Virus record (IMG/VR): IMGVR_UViG_3300037991_003529
Coordinates: 1 to 30,163 of that record
Direction: 5' to 3' (one strand)
Length of the DNA: 30,163 bases
Source of the DNA: a virus
Lineage: Duplodnaviria; Caudoviricetes
The position numbers and the translations under genes were made by a program. Positions 24,985 through 30,163 of the stretch are shown one piece after another. The notes beneath the pieces are model-generated. The model saw nothing but the letters and a program-made list of their open reading frames with translations, was not told the DNA's origin and did not search any database. Each line of letters begins with the position of its first letter. Position 1 is the stretch's first letter.

Positions 24985-26592
24985 TTATACCTGTCGTCCG
25001 GCGACTTCTTCGAAGTCAACGCCAGATCTGACTGCTACAAAGTTTAGAGTGATGTAGTTAACAGAACGTGCAGGCTTAATAAAGATATTAGCCACAAATT
25101 CGTTTCTGTCAATAACAGCTGCTGTGTTGTTTGTTTCATCGCATACAACTCTAAAGTCTGTAATACCTCTACGTCCTTTGATCTCTCTTAGGAATGGTTC
25201 AACGATATTAACAAACTCAGCTCTTGTAAACTCATCGTTCAATTCGAACAATGTGTTTCTTGCTGCGGTTGATATTGCTCTCTCAATCACATTGAATAGT
25301 CGTCTTACATTGATTCTATCAAATGCAGATGGTCTATTCAAGTGTGTTTTATCACCGTATAGTAATATACCTTGACCAGGTAGATTTGCTATTGGGTTGA
25401 TACCAGCTTTGTATAGAGTATCTCGTTGAGCTTTTGTTGGTGTGTAAGCTAGTGAAGTTACACCCAAGTAAGCACCTCTTCGAGATCCTGCTGGTGAGAA
25501 CCATGGTGCAGCGTTTGCATCAGAAGCAGCCATTATACCTGCTGTTGATGAAGCGGCTGGAATGTTAATATACTTGTCGTTATATTTGTCATAGACTTTT
25601 AAGTGATTGTTGTCTACAATTAGATGTGAGCTGAAAGTGTATCCGTCTGCATCAGTGATTGATGCTGTAACAGGATCAGCGTTTCCTACAACAGAAGCTT
25701 GAGCAGGTGAAGTTACTACAACACAATCTTTTCTTGTTGTACCAGCTATAGCTACTAGATCGTTAACAACAGTTTGTTGATCTGAAGCATTTGTTTTACC
25801 TGGTGCAATTAAGAAATCTAGTTGAACTGTATCTTTGTCTTCTAACTTATCGAATCCAGTTGCAATGTTACCTGTTGTAGGATCTGTTCCTACAGTACCA
25901 CCAGTAAGTGAATACGAACCAGTTGAATCAACTACTTCGTTCATCCAGATGTATTCTGATTGTCTGTTAATTACTTCTTTCATGTAGTTAGTAGAACCAT
26001 CAGTATTTTCAGCTGATGATAATGAAGATACAAATGGGAATCGTTCTAATACTCCACCAGCTGTGCCAGTGATGACTCCATCTTGATCTAATACTAATAC
26101 ATGATGTTCTTCTCCTGTTGGAGCTCCATCAAATTGGTCTTTGTATGCTTGTGTCCAGTTGGTCCAGTTTGTACCATCTGCCCAAACAACTTGTAATGAG
26201 TTTCCTAACTCCCCTGGCCATTTTGCAAATACTCTGCCTGTGCCAAAGGATCCGTTATCCCATGCATCGTTATTTTTAATTAGTGCTGCAGCTGATGAAC
26301 TATCGCAAGCGTTAGTTGCATCGCTGTTTATTGCACGAACTGTTTGTAATGCATTGGCGTACTTTAAAAAGTATGCAGCAGATAGGAAGTCTACCGCAAA
26401 ACTATCGCTTGGTGCCCCAAATGTTTCTGCAAGCTCAGCTTCATTTGAAACTAAGGTTGCTACCTCAGCAGGACCCCATCGAAATGCTCCAACAAATCCG
26501 CCTGTAGTCGATTGTACATTAGGCACACCGCCTGTTAGATCAACTTCTTTGACGACAATAGCTGGAGACTCTGAAGGTGTACCAATTGCCAT
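24985..26592 (-). CDS. gp18: Contractile tail sheath protein
   Basis: PWFSPAGSRRG, SAFDRINVRRLF, FELNDEFTR, IKPARSVNYITLNFVA. Confidence 0.97.
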   Translation of the reverse strand: MAIGTPSESPAIVVKEVDLTGGVPNVQSTTGGFVGAFRWGPAEVATLVSNEAELAETFGAPSDSFAVDFLSAAYFLKYANALQTVRAINSDATNACDSSSAAALIKNNDAWDNGSFGTGRVFAKWPGELGNSLQVVWADGTNWTNWTQAYKDQFDGAPTGEEHHVLVLDQDGVITGTAGGVLERFPFVSSLSSAENTDGSTNYMKEVINRQSEYIWMNEVVDSTGSYSLTGGTVGTDPTTGNIATGFDKLEDKDTVQLDFLIAPGKTNASDQQTVVNDLVAIAGTTRKDCVVVTSPAQASVVGNADPVTASITDADGYTFSSHLIVDNNHLKVYDKYNDKYINIPAASSTAGIMAASDANAAPWFSPAGSRRGAYLGVTSLAYTPTKAQRDTLYKAGINPIANLPGQGILLYGDKTHLNRPSAFDRINVRRLFNVIERAISTAARNTLFELNDEFTRAEFVNIVEPFLREIKGRRGITDFRVVCDETNNTAAVIDRNEFVANIFIKPARSVNYITLNFVAVRSGVDFEEVAGRQV

Positions 26593-26654
26593 TTCTTGTT
26601 CCTTTTCCAGTAATCGAATTATAAGTTTTCATAATACGGACATTCAATTACTTC

Positions 26655-26662
26655 TATTTATA
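26655..26662 (-). promoter_or_regulatory. gp55 late promoter for gp18
   Basis: Exact intergenic TATAAATA. Confidence 0.8.
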
Positions 26663-26673
26663 ATTTAATATAT

Positions 26674-28272
26674 TTAGTGAATTGAGCCCCATTCTGTTAT
26701 AGAATTATCTCTCATCCACTTATCTCTCATTTCTTCTTCTTCTGCAGCTTTGATACCATCATCTACAAAACCAAACGGTAGCATATCATCTTCTATCTGT
26801 TTCATTTGTTGTTCAAACAACATATTTCTTATATCAACATCTGTTAATGTTTGAAAGTAGTTACCTGTTGCAAAGTATCCAAACATTACTAAATTCATCA
26901 TTAGATCATCATGATTACCATCAGATGCTTCATACGATTGACCTTTTGCAATGAATGTACTACATTCTAGGATAGTATTTTGATCTACTATCTCTAACTT
27001 TCTTTCTTCTAATAAATCTTTGATACCTGAACATCCAATACGTTTCACTTTTCTATTCATTTCAACACCAAGTCTATTTGACTTTACTGTTGACTCAATG
27101 AATAAATTCTCATACTCTAGTTCATTATGCAATCCGTTTGTTACTAATGTTCCTTGATCATTTGACTCTACAACGACCCAAGCAGTGTTGTAGAAAGTTG
27201 CGTACTTATATATAATGTTAGGGAAGAGTAATGGAGAGATAAGGTTATTGCGATATACAGCAACCTGTTTAAAAGGCCTAACGCTAATATCGATCAGATT
27301 AAAAGTAGAATAGTCCTGTCCTCTTCCTTTTGATACGTCTACGGTCATTACATATTGATGATCTTTTTCTGGTTCTTCATAGATCCAGACACTATTACCT
27401 TCAACTAATCTTTTAGGATTCTTTGCTCGAAAGCTCATCAATGTTTCAGCGTTTATTAAAGTATCGCCTGTTCCAAAAAAGGTGTTCCCAAACTCCTGAT
27501 CAAACTGAAGTTGAGAAGTATTCGCTATTGTCTCTTCTCTCCACTTATCATCCCTACCTGGCACGTCCCACCAATCGACGCGAAAAGATTTAAACTCATT
27601 AACATCTTGTACTGAACCTTCCCATATCTTATGGAATTGATTACCTATGCCATTAGCAGTAGATGTAATTACAACCTTTGTATCTTTACCAGATGAAATA
27701 ACAGGATATGTAGAAGTGTAGAACTCAGCAGCATTCTCAACAAATGCAAACTCGTCCAAGTATAGTAAGTTAACAGACATACCACGAATAGATGAACCAG
27801 ATGTTGCAGCTGATACAATTCTACTATTATTACTAAACTCTATTGATCTTTTGTTGAGAGCTTTACATCCTGGTTGCAAAAAGAATGGAAGGTTCTCTAA
27901 CATAAGAGTAACTCTTTGCAACATCTCTTGTGCTGTTGCACCTTTGTTAGCTAATATAGCAATAACTTTTTCTGGATGGAATATAGCATACCAAAGTAGA
28001 TATGCAACTGATGAAATAGATTTACCAGATTGTCTACATGCAAGAACTATACTAAAACGATTATCGTTAAAGTGATTAAACATTTGTTCTTGATAAGGAT
28101 ATAGTTCAAAAGGTACTAAACCTTTATCCACATGAATAATTTTACAATAGTTTGATGCAAAGTATGTTGGATCTTTTAAACACTTCCGATATTCATTAAC
28201 TTCATCTCTAGTGAAGTTATGAACAATACCGTCTCTTTTTACGCTTGCGTTGCCAAGATATGTTTCATTCAT
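26674..28272 (-). CDS. gp17: Terminase large subunit
   Basis: RQSGKS, YLDEFAF, ITSTANG, VDVSKG, HDDLMM; start ATG 28272 (MNETYLGN). Confidence 0.97.
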   Translation of the reverse strand: MNETYLGNASVKRDGIVHNFTRDEVNEYRKCLKDPTYFASNYCKIIHVDKGLVPFELYPYQEQMFNHFNDNRFSIVLACRQSGKSISSVAYLLWYAIFHPEKVIAILANKGATAQEMLQRVTLMLENLPFFLQPGCKALNKRSIEFSNNSRIVSAATSGSSIRGMSVNLLYLDEFAFVENAAEFYTSTYPVISSGKDTKVVITSTANGIGNQFHKIWEGSVQDVNEFKSFRVDWWDVPGRDDKWREETIANTSQLQFDQEFGNTFFGTGDTLINAETLMSFRAKNPKRLVEGNSVWIYEEPEKDHQYVMTVDVSKGRGQDYSTFNLIDISVRPFKQVAVYRNNLISPLLFPNIIYKYATFYNTAWVVVESNDQGTLVTNGLHNELEYENLFIESTVKSNRLGVEMNRKVKRIGCSGIKDLLEERKLEIVDQNTILECSTFIAKGQSYEASDGNHDDLMMNLVMFGYFATGNYFQTLTDVDIRNMLFEQQMKQIEDDMLPFGFVDDGIKAAEEEEMRDKWMRDNSITEWGSIH

Positions 28273-28627
28273 CTTTCTTGTAATCGCTAATGTCAACTAC
28301 TTTATCCTCATCATCTTGTAATAGCATACGCTGTAAATCACTAGTGGAACCAATAAACACATTATTAGTAGTTTGATTGGGAAGTTCTACAGGTTTATCG
28401 TCTTTGTCGAAGTCTTTTTTCTTCTTATGAAGATCTAGTAAAGATCCATTTATATCACCCATGTTCTTCATCATGTTTGATAAGACTTCATAAGCTCGAG
28501 GGTGTTCAGTAGCTCTTGCTACATCAACCATATCATCCAATGCTTCTGAACCTTTATTTATTAGATCGTGATAGGTACGTCTAGCAAATTCAAAATCATT
28601 TTCTGCTGTTTGTTTTTCATCTGACAT
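28265..28627 (-). CDS. gp16: Terminase small subunit
   Basis: EHPRAYEV, NNVFIGSTSDLQRML; start ATG 28627. Confidence 0.92.
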   Translation of the reverse strand: MSDEKQTAENDFEFARRTYHDLINKGSEALDDMVDVARATEHPRAYEVLSNMMKNMGDINGSLLDLHKKKKDFDKDDKPVELPNQTTNNVFIGSTSDLQRMLLQDDEDKVVDISDYKKDE

Positions 28628-28634
28628 TTTTTCA

Positions 28635-30163
28635 CTATGGAATTGGAGTTCCACCATTAAGAGATTTAACTAAGTTAGACATTCTGTTTACTGCATCATC
28701 AACACTTCTAGGAACCTCAGCCCAATCAGCTGGATCATCAGCAACAAATGGTATTTGATTTAGATTAGAGATTGGAAATTTTTTGTTAAAGAAAGTAGTA
28801 AGTTCTGTTGTTCCTTCAGTTTTACTATAGTTGGCACTAGCATGATCTTTTTGAGATAGCAGTTGTGTACCTGCATCATCTAGTACATAGAATTTAGATC
28901 CATCTAATGAGAAAGAAAATCCAGCATCTCCTGAAACTACTACTTTTTGTGGTAAACTATTAAAACTAGCTGCTGATATTCCACCTGCTTGTCTCCATCC
29001 AGATGCTACAGTAAGTTCAAATGTTTTATGTGTTCCAAGTACATCAGCATGTAAATAGACTTTATTTCCTAGAGGATTAGTTTCTATTTTCTTCGGAGTA
29101 GTTACTGAAGCTTGAGATAATGCAACATCGTAGAATAAAGTATCATAAGTTGCTGTAGATGGATCCCATGGAGTGGATAATGAATATTGATATATCTTGT
29201 TAGTAGTATTACCAGTAACAAGCATTACATCACCAGTGTTCTTAAAACATAAACCTTTAGGATTAGTGTCTTCACTAACTGTATAAGCTTTAGATGCATT
29301 TAAAGATGCTGTTGTTATATCACCAGCTGTAGATAAATCATATCTGTTAATTACTCTACTTACTTCATCTATAGTATAGACGTATTTTGCATCTGGATCT
29401 ACAGCTAACGCTGCATTATCACCACCAGAAATACTAAGACTTCCGTTTGCTGCAGCAGTTGATATATCATTATCAGATGACATTGTGATTTGATAAATCT
29501 TTTGTGGATCGTTAGAAGCTGCATCAAGAATATAGAAATGTTTATTTAATGCAGTAACAAAATCTATTGGTGTAGTTGTTACGTGAGTGTTAGTTGCAAA
29601 TGTTCCTTCTAGTCCGTTTGAACCATTGTTACCATTTACATCTGTTATGCGACCACTCCATCTATCCCTACTTTGTGGATTAGTTGTTTTCAATGGAATA
29701 GTAATAGTTTGTCTGAAATTACCTCCACTAGAATCTACTGAAGTTCTAGTAGTTGGACCATCAACAGATGATACGAAGATCTTAGAAGCCGGTGTTGAAA
29801 ATTGATCATCAAGATTAAGTGATGTAAGTTTATCTCTTGTACCACCATAACGACCATCGATAACGATACTTACTCCACTATCATTAAACCAATTTGCAGA
29901 TACTATTCCATTAAAGTTGGCTGAGTCGACTGCGTTAGTAGCAGCACCCCATCTATAAACCACACCAGCATCTTGACCTGCACTATCTACATCTTCTCCA
30001 ATTGCACCTATTAATAGTGTGCCGTCATCTTCTAGCATAACTCCAGCACCAAACTCATCACCTGCACTATCACCAAAATTATTTGGGTTTTCAAGTTCTT
30101 TTAATCTCTCACCTGTTGCAATGTTGTAAATGTATACTCTACCTTTACCACCGCTTCCAGTTG
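28635..30163 (-). CDS. Virion structural/adhesin-like protein with FG-GAP-like and beta-propeller repeats; 5' end beyond the window
   Basis: Frame stays open to the edge (GRVYIY...DEFGAGV...LLIGA...AGVVYRW). Blade repeats IYQITMSSDNDISTA, INRYDLSTAGDITTA, IYQYSLSTPWDPSTA, FSLDGSKFYV. Confidence 0.7.
   Translation of the reverse strand, partial: TGSGGKGRVYIYNIATGERLKELENPNNFGDSAGDEFGAGVMLEDDGTLLIGAIGEDVDSAGQDAGVVYRWGAATNAVDSANFNGIVSANWFNDSGVSIVIDGRYGGTRDKLTSLNLDDQFSTPASKIFVSSVDGPTTRTSVDSSGGNFRQTITIPLKTTNPQSRDRWSGRITDVNGNNGSNGLEGTFATNTHVTTTPIDFVTALNKHFYILDAASNDPQKIYQITMSSDNDISTAAANGSLSISGGDNAALAVDPDAKYVYTIDEVSRVINRYDLSTAGDITTASLNASKAYTVSEDTNPKGLCFKNTGDVMLVTGNTTNKIYQYSLSTPWDPSTATYDTLFYDVALSQASVTTPKKIETNPLGNKVYLHADVLGTHKTFELTVASGWRQAGGISAASFNSLPQKVVVSGDAGFSFSLDGSKFYVLDDAGTQLLSQKDHASANYSKTEGTTELTTFFNKKFPISNLNQIPFVADDPADWAEVPRSVDDAVNRMSNLVKSLNGGTPIP

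Noticed and set aside
900-29805. Plus-strand and nested ORFs in the track (e.g. 900-1142, 1933-2214, 11541-12014, 21915-22340, 26141-26668, 29587-29805)
   Set aside because: They lie antisense to or out of frame within clear core genes and show no recognisable motifs; treated as shadow ORFs.
1-30163. Introns, inteins, homing endonucleases, tRNAs, CRISPR arrays, stop-codon recoding
   Set aside because: Core genes are uninterrupted and of normal length, intergenic gaps are short, no repeat-spacer or cloverleaf pattern was seen, and TAA, TGA and TAG all end genes.

Overview
A 30-kb piece of a T4-like myovirus genome, with the gene order typical of marine T4-like phages. Nearly all genes are on the minus strand. 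Reading right to left: a partial beta-propeller virion protein, then gp16-17-18-19-20-(67)-(68-like)-21-22-23, a small inverted early cassette, gp3-uvsY-uvsW, gp55-47-46-45-44-62-regA-hsp20 and the 5' part of DNA polymerase gp43. Sigma70-type promoters, gp55 late promoters (TATAAATA) and intrinsic terminators are visible. Notable accessory content: (1) a translationally coupled five-gene island between gp44 and gp62 (flavin-dependent halogenase, minimal adenylate-forming ligase, possible GNAT-fold protein, AhpD/CMD-like CxxC protein, glutaredoxin) that looks like a phage mini biosynthetic cluster; (2) a stress-like operon (hsp20, DUF1127, two small proteins) whose leader folds like a ROSE RNA thermometer; (3) a perfect sigma70 promoter with no gene behind it, back-to-back with the gp55 promoter; (4) a stand-alone ArdC-N-like gene; (5) a structured leader on the tail sheath mRNA; (6) further tailoring enzymes scattered among replication genes. 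All calls come from motifs, hand pairing and gene order; no searches were run.
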